Shown here piece after piece: positions 38,842-64,000 of a DNA stretch of 64,000 nt. Origin of the DNA: Paraspadella gotoi (lineage: Eukaryota > Animalia > Chaetognatha). The stretch covers positions 28,681,280 through 28,745,279 of the forward strand of contig CM119263.1 of assembly GCA_051294375.1 (NCBI GenBank), written 5' to 3'. The position numbers and the translations under genes are program-made. Below the pieces are notes generated by a model, which saw nothing but the letters and a program-made list of their open reading frames with translations, made no database searches and had not been told where the DNA came from. Each line of letters opens with the position of its first letter. Position 1 is the stretch's first letter.

Positions 38842-40984
38842 AAGAGAAGAGAGAGAGGAGAGAGAGTGAGGGCAGAGGAGTCCAGAAAACGAGGGAATCT
38901 TCTAAATAAAAAAGGAGAAAAACTGAGTGAATCATAAATTTATAATAATAATAATAAATTAATGAAATAAATTTATAATCTTAAAAATGTATTTCCACTT
39001 TTTAATCCCAGATGCGAGACTTCACTTGTACGGGGGCCCCCCGGAAATGTGATCGAATCCGAGGAAAGCAACGCCCGCTCTAGGCGTCTTTAACTTGCAA
39101 GGTGAGGTTCAGGGTCAGGGATTGATCCGGATTGATTTTGAAAATATTTTGCAAAAGATTTTGGCGATCGAGATATTATATTTTATTATTATAAATATAT
39201 TATGGGCTGCGGAGAAAGTCACTCTCTTCAGCGGTCCACTGGGGAAAGAATGCTTCTGATATCTCTCTCTTCTCCCTCTTCCCGTTCTCTCTCTCTCCTC
39301 TCTCCTCTCCTTTCGTCTCTCCTCCTTTCCTCCTCTCTCTCTCTCTCTCTCTCTCTCCCTCTCTCATTTCTCTCTCTCACTTCTCTCTCTCTCTCACTTT
39401 CTTCTAGCTTCCTCACCCTTTCTTCAAATCTCTTTACCGATTGTTCTGTTTTCTTAATCCTCTTGTCGCCACTTAACCTCAACTTACCTTTCAACGCCCT
39501 TCATATCCCTTTTACTTTTATTCTGCTCATCCCCTGAACCCTTTCCCTAAGACTGTCCCCCTGCCCCACCGAGGCGCAAACGCTTGGGGGCGTGACCCGT
39601 CGCGACCCGGGTTGACGGACCCCGACACCAGAGGCGCAGAGCCTGACCGTCCCTGGGAATCCTCACCGGAGGAGACCCCGGAGAGGTAAATGGAGCGAAG
39701 TGGGAGGAAAAGGAGGAAAGGAAAGATAAAGAGATAAAGGAGGAAAGGAGTCAGAAAGGAAAGGAAAGGAAAAGAAAGATACAGTAGAGAAAAGAGCAAT
39801 GTGAGAAAAAAAAGGACAAAAGGAGAGAAAGTAAAAAAAAATTAAAAGGCAAAAAAAAGTAGATTTAAAACTTGAGATGGAAATGAGTAAAGAAAACTTG
39901 GGGGTGGAAAAAAACCGATGAGAAAAAATTAATGAAAGTTTGTTTTAAATAAACATTTAAAAAAAAAGCTGCACACCCCTCTCACCAAACCTCACCATCA
40001 CAAACCCGTGCACCGCCTACTATTCCTATCTACCCCCTATCTGACTTTTCTCCCTCTCTGCTCAGCTTCGACTCCTGCCAACACCCATATCTCGCATCAT
40101 ATTGCTGAGTTTCCTTCTCGACGCGCCATTTCACCGGAATCGTCGCCATCGACGCCGGCTTACCGGCGCCGGCGCTCCGCACTGGCCTGGCAACCCCGGC
40201 TTGGCGCCCTGGCCTGGCGTCCGTCGGCGCCCCGGTCTGGCACTCGGACGCCGCCACGGGGCCGGCCGGCGCCGACAATCGCGCCGAGTGCAAGAGGGGC
40301 ACTCTTCAGGTCGGCGCCGCCGTGTTATTGCCGAAGTGAGGAGCCTGACGCTGTTCACAAAGCAAGTCGTCTTCCCCATTCCAAAGCCGGTGGTGAGTTT
40401 CCATTTTCTTTTTATTCTTATTGTTCAGTTTAGTTTTATTCCGCGTGAACTAAACATCTTTATCTTTTTTCCTCTTACCTCCTTTCTTTCCGCACCCAAC
40501 TCTTTTCTTTCCTCCTTTCTTTCTTTTCTCCTTCCTCTCCTCTTTCTTCCTTTCCTTTCCTGTTCCTTTCCTTTCTTTCCTTTCCTTTCCTTTCTTCCTT
40601 TCCTTTCCTTTCCTTCCCTTCTTTCCTTTCTTTTTTCCCGCTTTCTTTCCTTTCCTTCCTTTCCTTTCTTTCCTTTCCTTCTTTATCCCGTCCTTTCCTC
40701 TCCTTTCCTTTCATCTCCTTCACCATATCCTTCCTTTCCTTTCCCTCCTTTCTCATCCCCCCGTCCTCTTTTCCTCCCAGCACCGCAACCGGTCCTCGCG
40801 CTGCGCTGCGTTCGCCACACGCCGGCGCTCGAAGGCGGCGGGAATCCGCGCCGGATCGGACGCCGCCTTCCGCCTCGCGAAAATTGGGCAGTGGCGAAGG
40901 GCGCCGCAGGCGCTGCTCGAGGCCTAGAACTCGATCTCATGGCGCAAGTGAGTGAAAATTAATCCCCCCCCATGAGGGGGGAGG

Positions 40985-41804
40985 CACTCATATGGCTTAG
41001 TAGGGTGGAATGACGGAAATCATCACAGGGCCTCGCTATCGAGCCAGAACGACTCACTATAATAGCTTAGTAGGGTGGATGACGGAAATATCACAGGGCC
41101 CTCGTATCGAGCCAGAACGACTACACTATATGAGCTTAGTAGGTGATGACCGGAAAATATCACGGGCTCGCTATCGAGCCAGAACGACTACTATATGAGC
41201 TTAGAGGGTGGATGACGGAAAATATCACAGGGCCTTGCTACTCGAGCCAGACACTACACTAATGAGCTTAAGTAGGGTGGATGATGGAAAATATCACAGG
41301 GCCTCGTATCGAGCCAGAACGACTACACTATATGAGCTTAGTAGGGGTGGATGACGGAATATCACAGCGGCCTCGGGCTACGAGCGCAAACGACTACACT
41401 TATATAGCTTAGTAGGGTGGATGACGGAAATACACAGGGCCTCGTATCGAGCCAGAACGACTACACTAAATGAGCTTAGTAGGTGGATGACGGAAAATAT
41501 CACAGGGCCTCCGCTATCGAGCCAGAACGACTACACTATATGAGCTTAGTAGGGTGGATGACGGAAAATATCACAGGGCCTCGCTATCGAGCCGAACGAC
41601 TACACTATATGAGCTTAGTAGGGTGATGACGGAAAATATCCAGGGCCTCGCTATCGAGCAGAACGACTACACTATATGAGCTTAGATAGGGTGGATGACC
41701 GGAAAATATCACAGGCCTCGCTATCGAGCCGAACACTACACTATATGAGCTTAGTAGGGTGGATGACGGAAATATTCACAGGGGCTCGCTTATCGAGCCA
41801 GAAC
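40985..41804. repeat. Second, identical copy of the 12 x 70-bp array (inside an assembly duplication)
   Basis: Identical to 36221-37040 including its errors, at offset 4764. Confidence 0.9.
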
Positions 41805-42257
41805 GGAGGATAGGGGTCTATGCGTGGGGAACAGGCACTTGCTAAAATGATGCGTGATTTAAATTGGACAGGTTTGTGAATATATTAGTTAGTATTATCG
41901 AATCACGCGTATATTGATCGCTATTGTTTAAATTTCGATTTTATTCGGCATTATTGTCGACGATAGCGCATGAAACTGTTTTCTCAATTTTGGCCTCATG
42001 CGTTGGCCATAAAGGTTGGCCTCAGCGTTGTATAAACGTTTGGCCATAAGCGTTGGCCTCAAGCGTTGGCCACCTTCGCTTTCCTTTTCCTCGTTTCGCG
42101 TCTTTTTTTCATCCATCGTGCTGGAGAACAACATCAACTTATCATCAGAACATCATCATCAGTTATCATCAGTCAAACATCGGAACCTGACCTTGGTCAA
42201 TGTCAGTTTCCTTGTCCGCGGTGTGTCGGGTGAGTCTCGAATCCCCAAATCCCTCAC

Positions 42258-55256
<12,999 letters not shown>

Positions 55257-55260
55257 CTTG

Positions 55261-55336
<76 letters not shown>

Positions 55337-55400
55337 AAAAAATTGACAGAGCGGGAAAGAAGAGAGAGAGGAGAGGAGAATAGAGAGTACAGAAAATTAC

Positions 55401-55446
<46 letters not shown>

Positions 55447-56384
55447 TAAAAATCGAATAAATCGATAAGAACAAACGGGAGCCAGTGGCGAAACTCAGGG
55501 CCAGAGCCAAAGCCAGAAAGCGCGAGTTGATTTTCAAACGGGGGGGGGGCGGGGTGCAGGGGTAAGAGGGGAGGGATGGGGGCTATGAAGGGAGGGGGGG
55601 ATTTTGAAGGGTAAATGGAAAGTTTACAGGGGTGATATATCAGGGGAGATTGGGGCGTATAGAGGACGTATTAGGGAAAATTTAAGGGAGTTGAAGTTGG
55701 CGATAAGTTGAGGGCTTATCATTATCATTATCAATATCTCATTATCATTATCATTTGAACGAAAGTTTATTGAAAAAAGTAGTGACACTAGTGACAGCAG
55801 GAGTGAGAGTGAGTGGTGTGAGAGCGAAATGGAAAGGTGAGTCCCTGCTTGTTTTTTGTCAACAAACTCGTTGGTCTCCGCTTACAACAATGAGATCCTT
55901 AAGTAAATACAAACAAAAGTAGAAAAAGTAATAAACAACGTTAAACATATTCGGCGTTAGAAGGTAAAGATCGACCTTGAAGTTTATATCACACTTTTAT
56001 GATAAGACGACTTGGTTAAAATGTCAATTATGTAGGTTTACATGTAAGTAAACATTCTTAAGATTCAGATCATTCGACTTTAGGACAATTTAGTTATGAA
56101 TAAAGATAAAATTTGCGGTATCAACGTTAGCGAATTACTATTTGCCCTTTTCGTTACGAGACAGCGAAAGCCAAAAAAGAAAGAAAGAAAGAAAAATGTG
56201 CGGACGTCTTTTTCTTCTTGGTTTCCTTTTTTGTCGAGTCAGCCTGTCAGTCTATCTGTCAGGACGGACGGACGAAGGAATTTCTAATTAACGCCGAGAC
56301 TAATTCTTCCAAATTTCTTTTTTCCTTTTTTCTAGTTCGAACAGCTCAGGAGTTTTTTGGTTCATTACAGTCGGTTAGATGAGT

Positions 56385-56810
56385 CTTGGAATGGCAAAGA
56401 TCTTGAATAATAAATCTTGAGATGGCTCAGACTTTGAATGATAAATCTTGAGATGGCAAAGACCTTGAATAATAAATCTTGAGATGGCTGAGACTTTGAA
56501 TGATAAATCTTGAGATGGCTGAGACCTTGAATGATAAATCTGGAGATGGCTGAGACTTTGAATGACAAATCTTGAAAGAGCTGAGAATTTTAATGGTGAA
56601 TCTAGAGAGTTCTGAGACTTTGAATGATATATCTTGAGATGGCTGAAACTTTAAATGCTAAATCTTGAGATGGCTGAATAATAAATCTTGAGATGGCTGA
56701 GACTTTGATTGATAAATCTTGAGATGACGGAGACTTTGAATGATAAATCTTGGAATGACGGAGACCTTGACTAATAAATCAAAGACGATGAATAATAAAT
56801 CTTCAGATGA
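56385..56810. repeat. 31-bp minisatellite, ~13-14 copies
   Basis: Unit ataaatcttgagatggctgagactttgaatg. Confidence 0.9.
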
Positions 56811-58119
56811 CAAAGTTACTTTGCGCCGCCCTGTAACGCTCTGAACTCTGCAGTCAAGTCTTTGGCCCGACAGGATAAGATAATTGATAACCGTCTGAAT
56901 TGATTATGAGGTTTTGACTTCGAACTCTGGAGTAAGGAGTCTTCGCCGAGTCAGGACGAGACAACCCGCAACGACAACAACTACAACAGTGCGGGGTAAG
57001 TGAACTGATGACGACGACGACGACGACGACGACGACGCGGAAAAACGCAATTCCGTCACCAATAACGACGACAATAAACAACCGGAAAAACAATTAAAAC
57101 GAAAACGAGTTTTACGACGTCAACTCGGCTCCAAAAAAAAAAAAAGAAAATTACATTTCAGAAAATGATATTTTTTTAACCTTTTATTTAGCTTATATTT
57201 TTGTGAGACATTTGTGTACGCTTCCAGTATTCATCAATTCACCTCTTTCGACTCTTATTCACCACTTTTCACTGACAAAACCAGAGCAAAGAGTTGCTTC
57301 ACACTTTACGACATCCTGGTCGTGACTTTACAACATCCGGGTCGTCAATCGTAGAGAGCGATTCGAGTCCTTGAAAGATCTCGTCTTTTCCTTTCGCTCC
57401 TCTTTTCAGCTCCTCTTCCTTTCGCTCCTCTTTTCAGCTCCTCTTCCTTACCCCTCTGCTCCTTCCTCCTCCCAGATTCCAACACGCGACCAATCAACCG
57501 TGCAACTTGAGTGCGAAGGGAGAGTGGGGATGTGGTCAGGTGTGCTGACCTCGAATGGATCAGTGGTCACGTGTACGAGCCGCTCCGTGGTAACGTGAGC
57601 AAACGTTCCGCGTACGTTTATCCGTCCGTACGTTTGTCCGTTCGTACATCACCCCACGCGTTCGACACGGATGCCCGCGCCGGGTCGGCCTTGGGTTCAG
57701 TCTCAACGTCGAAACCCACGAGACTTGGTATCGTCTTCGTCATCGTCATAATTGTCGTCGTTGTTGTCGTTGACCTTAATCCTTCCTCTTTTCTGCTTCG
57801 TGGCGGTTTTTTCTCCAACGAATAAATTTGGACCCAAAAGTGTTTCTCTTCACTTCAGTTGACCTCAATTTCCTCTGACGACCTACTTTACCTACCGACT
57901 TGACCGACCGACCGACCGACCGATGAACTCACCTTATTTCTCCCACCTTCTCGTCGCGGACCGACCGACCATCGTTTAATTCTCTTCGAACGATGAGGTC
58001 AACATTCGACGCGCGCGTGCAGGGAGTATCGCAGGTCGTGGCGTTATCCTGGAACCGCCGTCCCGCGGCCGAGCGGGTCCCGAGTTCGAATCGGTTGGAA
58101 GCGAATCACAGTGTCCCTC

Positions 58120-58126
58120 TTTTATA
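58120..58126 (-). promoter_or_regulatory. Candidate TATA box for an ERG promoter
   Basis: CTATAAAAGAGGG on the - strand, followed by a CpG-rich segment and a strong AAG|GTGAGT donor at 57932. Confidence 0.4.
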
Positions 58127-59056
58127 GTCAGGCAATTTAGTCTGCCACAGTCTTTCACAGTCTTTCACAGTCTTTCCATAGCCGCCCGTAGACCTCCCCC
58201 CTAGTCCAACTTACACGTCCCGCGGATAACCTCGCCAGTCGCCACCTGCGTCTGGAGACCAAGGGATTTTCCTCCCTCCTCCTCCTCCTTCTTCTCCTTC
58301 TCCTCCTCCTCATGCAATATTCAATTTGCTCTCGAATCAGTTTCCCTCTTTTCTCGGAAATCCTCTTCTTCACTTTTCAGAGGCAGAGACAGTGAGATCA
58401 GCGGCGGAGAAAGGAAGCTGCATCTCTGAGGACAACTGAAGGTTATATATATGAACGGACCGAAATCAAGACTACATGAAATTGGTACAACGGTACAACC
58501 AATATAACAGTTATTCATTCATTTCATAAATAACTTAATAAGCTAGAGAGAAGAGAGAAGTGGGTTCAGCGACAAAAAAAAGTTATGATCTTACACGTAT
58601 GTGTGTATAAATTTATTATGATTTTATATCCAATCTACATTAATTAAACCTGATTGCAATTCCTTGTGAATCTCGATCGCACCTAAGGTGAATCTCATCG
58701 CATCCCCCTGGCGTCGAGGAAATAAACAAAGAGTGAAACAAATGATCTTTGCGCGGGAGTAGAAGTCGGCCCCTCTGTCCTTGCTCCCCCTTCCTCCCTC
58801 CACAACCCACCCACCTGATTGAAATTTCTTTTTATTTCCTTACCCCTTCCACCCCTACCCAGTACCCACCACACCCCCCCCAAAAAAAAATCGTGATCAG
58901 CAGGCGTCCAAGATCACAATCACATGATTCCCTTTTGTTTTATTTCACTTCCGTTGGATTCACCGACGGAGGAGATCGAAAAAAGACGGAAGGCGTCGCC
59001 ATCTCTCTTAATCTCGGGGACTCACCGGGGGATTTCTCCATAATTTCTGACAGGAG

Positions 59057-59130
<74 letters not shown>

Positions 59131-59404
59131 GAGAGAGAGAGGGAGAGAGACTAGCTGAAACTATCGTCGGTGGATTTCGTTATTGCGGGTTACGGTTTTG
59201 CGGAGTCGTTTTAAAACGAGAAAAGTTTTGGTTTTCGTCTACTTCTTTTTTATTAACATATTTTTGTTCTTTTTTTTTTTCAGCTGCGCCGCAACACACG
59301 TTGGAATCTCCGTTCTTGTTTTAAATTTTCTAAATTTTTTTAAAACGATTTATTAAGGAATGGACTGTTTGTATCTTATTAATCTTATCTTATTAATGTT
59401 AATT

Positions 59405-59465
<61 letters not shown>

Positions 59466-60214
59466 TTCTCTCTGCCTCTCCACCTCCTTAATTGTAGTTG
59501 TACTATGAAAGACCCCCGCAGATCATTAAGCTCTTTTGAATCTTTTTTTTCCCTTTCCCTGGAGTTTCATTTCCTTTTTTTATTCTTCTATAGTATTTTC
59601 CTTTACACTTTAATATATCACGGCACGCACATTCGCACGCACGCACGCACGTCCACGCATTCAGATCTAAGTCCTTTTCTCCTCTTGTAAGCCATTTTCT
59701 TTTTCAATTTTCTCTTCCTTTTTCAATTTTTTTTTGTTCTTCAATCGTCGAGATTTGAATCGATGCTTTTTTGTTTTTTTTTCTCTTGACTTCATTAAAT
59801 TTCCGACGACCTCTAACGACGACTTTTTCTTTGTTTATCTTTCGTTTGTCTGTTGACGGAAGTTGTCTTCTTTTTGTTCTTTTACATCTCGTACAATTCC
59901 TTACTTTTTTTATTGTTTAACTACCATTTTATGTCTTTTTTATTAATTCTAAAATTTTTTTTTCTTTTTGTTTATTTTTCGAACGAGAAAGAAAATTATT
60001 TAAAATTCTCCTCTATTTCTTTTCTTTTCCTCTCTTTTCCTTTTCTTTTCTCCCTTTATTTCTCTTTTTCTTTCCTCCCTTTTTTCTCCTTATTCTTCCT
60101 TCGCATATCTTTTCTTTTTTCGTTTCTTTTCTTCTTCATCAATTTATTCAAACGCCCAAAACATTCATTCATCCAACCTCCGCCGAATAGGATCATAGCG
60201 CTCTGATCTAGAGA

Positions 60215-60267
<53 letters not shown>

Positions 60268-60659
60268 TCCTCTCTCTCCTCCCTCTCCTCTCTCTCTCTC
60301 TCTCTCTATTACAGCTGGCTGTTCCTCCTCGTGCCCACTCGTTCCTGATAATCTGTTTGTGGTGGCGACTGTTGTTAACGAGGATAAAACGGCGCCACCG
60401 CCGGCCGCCGCCGCCGCCGCCGCCGCCACTGCCCACGAATCAATGAGTCTTTGCGGGCGCCGCGTTTGTTTCGTTTCCGTCCGCCATTAGCGAACATCCG
60501 GAGACCGAGATGTCTCCGTATGTGCATCTCGTTCTCTCTCTGTGTATCATTATTTTTGTTACGCTCTATTTCTATGTATCTTTGTTTTCATCTTTATTTC
60601 TCTCTTTTTTCTTTCTTTCTTTCTTTCGTTCTTTCTATTTCTTTCTTTTTTTCTTTATT

Positions 60660-60731
<72 letters not shown>

Positions 60732-60849
60732 TCGTATCATCATTCCATATTTTTTTAAACTTTTTCCCTTTTTTATTTCATTTTAGATCTTACTTTTTTT
60801 TTCTTTCTTTCTTGTCTTTATATTTCTCTTCTCTCTAAGAGAAGAAGAT

Positions 60850-63800
60850 AAGAAATATCATTGGTTACCGTGCTTTATAAACAGTGAAATAAAAGCATAA
60901 AAAAGTTATAAAATAAAACCTTATAAAGAGTTAAATTAATGATTAAACATCATGCAATTAACTAATTGGAAATTCGAAACGTATATAATCCGTGGTGGTT
61001 TAACCCGGATGTTCAAGGAAATGATTAATAATGTTTCTTTACGTTCGAAAACCTATTTCCTAATGAGGAGCAGAACCTTACATGCGTGCAATGAGGGAGG
61101 GATGTTATGTGAATCAATCAAAGGTTTGGGTTTGTGGTCGGAGGATTCAACCGACAGAAACACAAGGGATTCACATGGAATTAGACAAGGGTGGATAGAG
61201 TTGACAAGGGGTGTCGGAGTTGCAGGATGTTGTGAAAGGGTTTTTTTACTTTAATACCGGTGTCAAACAGAAAAGCAGTAATGCGAATTTACAGTTTTTA
61301 ATATTTATCTATACTATTCGGATTCTGTTTTTTGTTTGTTTTTTTTTAATAGCAGATATCTTGCTGTCTAATGTCCTTTTGTAACAGATGAAGAGAGTCG
61401 TAAACAAAAAAAGTGCGCAAAACTTCACTATTGATACTCGACAATCTTGGATTAAATCCCAGACTGTTATCGTCTTAAAGAATATCCGTTTCAAATTTAT
61501 TGTCTAAATTAGTTTCTACCGCTATTTTTATAAAAGTTTAACAGCGGTCATCATTCGAAAAATTTCTTTACCCTGACAAAGTGAGGTGATCTACGAAAGA
61601 GTTATTATGACAGTGATAATACAGGAGAAGCACGCGTTTTTGAGAAACCAGGATTACAGAGAAAGGTAGCGGATCGATAGATTTAACTCACAGTACGATG
61701 ATGGTCACTTGGTGTTTTCGCTTTTTGTTTTTTTTCAGTGACCCACACTAGAAAAAAAGACCAACTTTTGATATAGCCATCATCATGGAAAGGACAGTGT
61801 TTTTCGATGCGCGATTTGGCTCTTACAAACGGATTAATCGATCCTAATGATTTACATCCGACGTATTCGCTTAAATTTTCAATAATTCAATTTCAAATTA
61901 TTTACAACTCACCTCATTGTAATTGTAAAGTCATACTCCTCTTAAAAGAGACCAAGCAAAAATATTCATTTCAGATCTTCGCAAATCTCTCGATTGCAAG
62001 CTGATTTATTGGTATGTGCGTTTCCTCTCAAAACTTGTATGAAAAGGGAAAAAGGGGATTATATAATTACGCTGGCAGGGAGGAGGTTTTAGGACTAACG
62101 TTAAACGATTACTTAGTTTACTCCTTTTTTGAATAATCGTTGAATTCTACATTCCATGGTAACAAGATTCTTGGGGGCTGGGGTACTCTTTTACTTATTA
62201 TCTATTGTCGAGCTGGGGAAAATTACCAAAATCATTCGTTGACGAATTGCACATTTTTTGGGGAGATAATTATGTTTTTGGATACTATATGATCGAGTTT
62301 TTCATTATTAAGATCAAGTATACTCAATTATTTTCTCCATCCATAACTGTATAGGATGGATCTGTCATACATTTGTTTACTACATCCTCACCGTAGACAA
62401 AGTTTAAATTAAAAATTCGTTCCAACCTGAGCAACCTTTTTCTCCAACCATTGTTGCATGAAATGTAGATTGAGTTAGTGGTAGGAGAAAAAATGGGAGC
62501 TAATGTTGACAGCCCGGCGTAAACTTTCGCGCTCTTTTGTCTACTGCGTCGGTGTCAAATTTAAAAAGGTTCTTTTGAATATGGCAATCATTGAAATTGT
62601 TTTATATGCTTCGTTTGTAACGTACCTGTTTAATAACTTGTTTACACTGGATGTCACTTAAAGACGAAGAAAAGAGGTTTAGGTCGCAGCCTTAGCAGCA
62701 GTCGGTATCACTAGAGGCTTGATTTTGACAAACAATCCATCTTTTCCTAAGTCCAATTCAGCAACTAAAAGTGAAAGGTAATGAACGATATTACATTTAT
62801 AGTTTTAGCCTTATTTAAGTGGAGAACAACAAGTTAAGATTCCTATTGTAAGAGATATATTCGGTGATTGCAATGGTTACGCTAATTAGGGCTGATTCAC
62901 ATAAACATTTCCCTAAGGCGCATTTCAACTTCTTAATTAAACTTTTTGGTAAACGCCTTTAGTTTTTTTTTGATAAATTTATAAACTGTAGGGAATAATA
63001 ACAAATATAATTCTACGTATACATTTGAACAAAACTATATCATCGCTTACAATATCTGTTCAGCACATTAACTAAGGACTATCCACAAAATAGAAAAAAG
63101 GATAGGTTGAAAGTGAACTAAAAGAAGGCACGTCCCACCGTCATAAAAAAATCGTATATAAAACTCTGTAACAACCAATTAGATTAATTAATACATAATC
63201 GATAAATGTATTTTACCTGTGAAATCAAAGAAGTGTAAACGGGAGCAGCCGGAGGACGTCCGTTTTGGAAATAGATGCATGGATTTCATCAGAAACTAAC
63301 TGCAGTAGCAAAGAGTAACGAAAACCACGTAACTTGACACAGAGAAAAAGACAGCGAAATAACACGACTCAATGCGTTTTCTTCATTATTTCATCAATAA
63401 TTTATATAATGATATAATAACACACCACAGGAATAAATTACTAATACTTATTTAATTATGTCACTTTTATTATTATTTTTTTTTTTAAATCTAACTTTTC
63501 AAAACTTAATCCCATGTATCAATAAAATTTTTCAACACATAGGCGGAAGAGGAAATTCCTTGGGATAACTATTTGGAAAAGTGTAAATCCTAGAAAGATG
63601 AAATTAGCTTCTAGTCCAGAGAAAGACGGAAATAGAAAAATTAAATAGGATATAGTAGAAAAGAAAAAAAATTAAAACTAACGTCTGTTTGTAAACCATT
63701 TGCGCGGCAGTCTAAACTCGAAGCCAGTAAGAGAAGATTTAAAGATTTCGGCCCAAAATTTACGGTGAACTTTGAAAATGTAATTTTGAGCCCAAATTGT

Positions 63801-64000
63801 AAAAAAAGAGATCAGGTTTTAATTGATAAATGTAGTTCAAGAGAACATCAAGATTGTAGATACTATTTCGATCTATTTGATTATGACAAGGATCTATGGA
63901 ATCTTAGGTTATTGGGATAAAAATCTTTAATCGATATTTACAAACTTTTTCTATAACTAATTCTGTAATTATCACGCGCAAATGCGACCAAATAATAAAT
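60850..64000. other. Error-rich duplicate of ~51873-54830 (ERG N-terminal exons and introns)
   Basis: Both start at aagaaatatcattggttaccgtgctt and remain collinear with indel noise to the window end. Confidence 0.9.

Larger units (their letters stand above)
32731..42222. other. Patchwork of direct and inverted redundant copies of ~21870-25725
   Basis: 33341-34140 is an apparently exact reverse complement of ~24445-25247 (identical ORF translations). ~39360-42222 repeats ~34596-37458 exactly. Several blocks are delimited by 25-N spacers. Confidence 0.9.

Overview
Animal (invertebrate-like) genomic DNA, rich in introns and microsatellites, from a gapped assembly patched with uncorrected long-read sequence. 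Three genes can be read. (1) A + strand mitochondrial CLPB/Skd3-like gene (ankyrin repeats plus one AAA+ domain), about 448-18013. (2) A - strand type II membrane O-fucosyltransferase-like (GT-B) gene nested in a CLPB intron, about 11613-13814. (3) A - strand ERG/KCNH2-family potassium channel, with a clean copy at 42258-55256 and C-terminal exons at 22476-25389. Most of 18100-42220 and 60850-64000 is redundant direct or inverted copies carrying read-error indels. The strongest signals are: two tandem 190-nt S4-S5 exons in the ERG gene that look mutually exclusive; an array of 12 x 65-bp units joined by 5-bp spacers, flanked by a 5-bp duplication and absent from the other copy of the site; a minisatellite built from an ERG 3' splice site; a much longer S1-S2 loop than in hERG; and a candidate minimal hammerhead ribozyme. 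All family assignments come from remembered motifs, not database searches.
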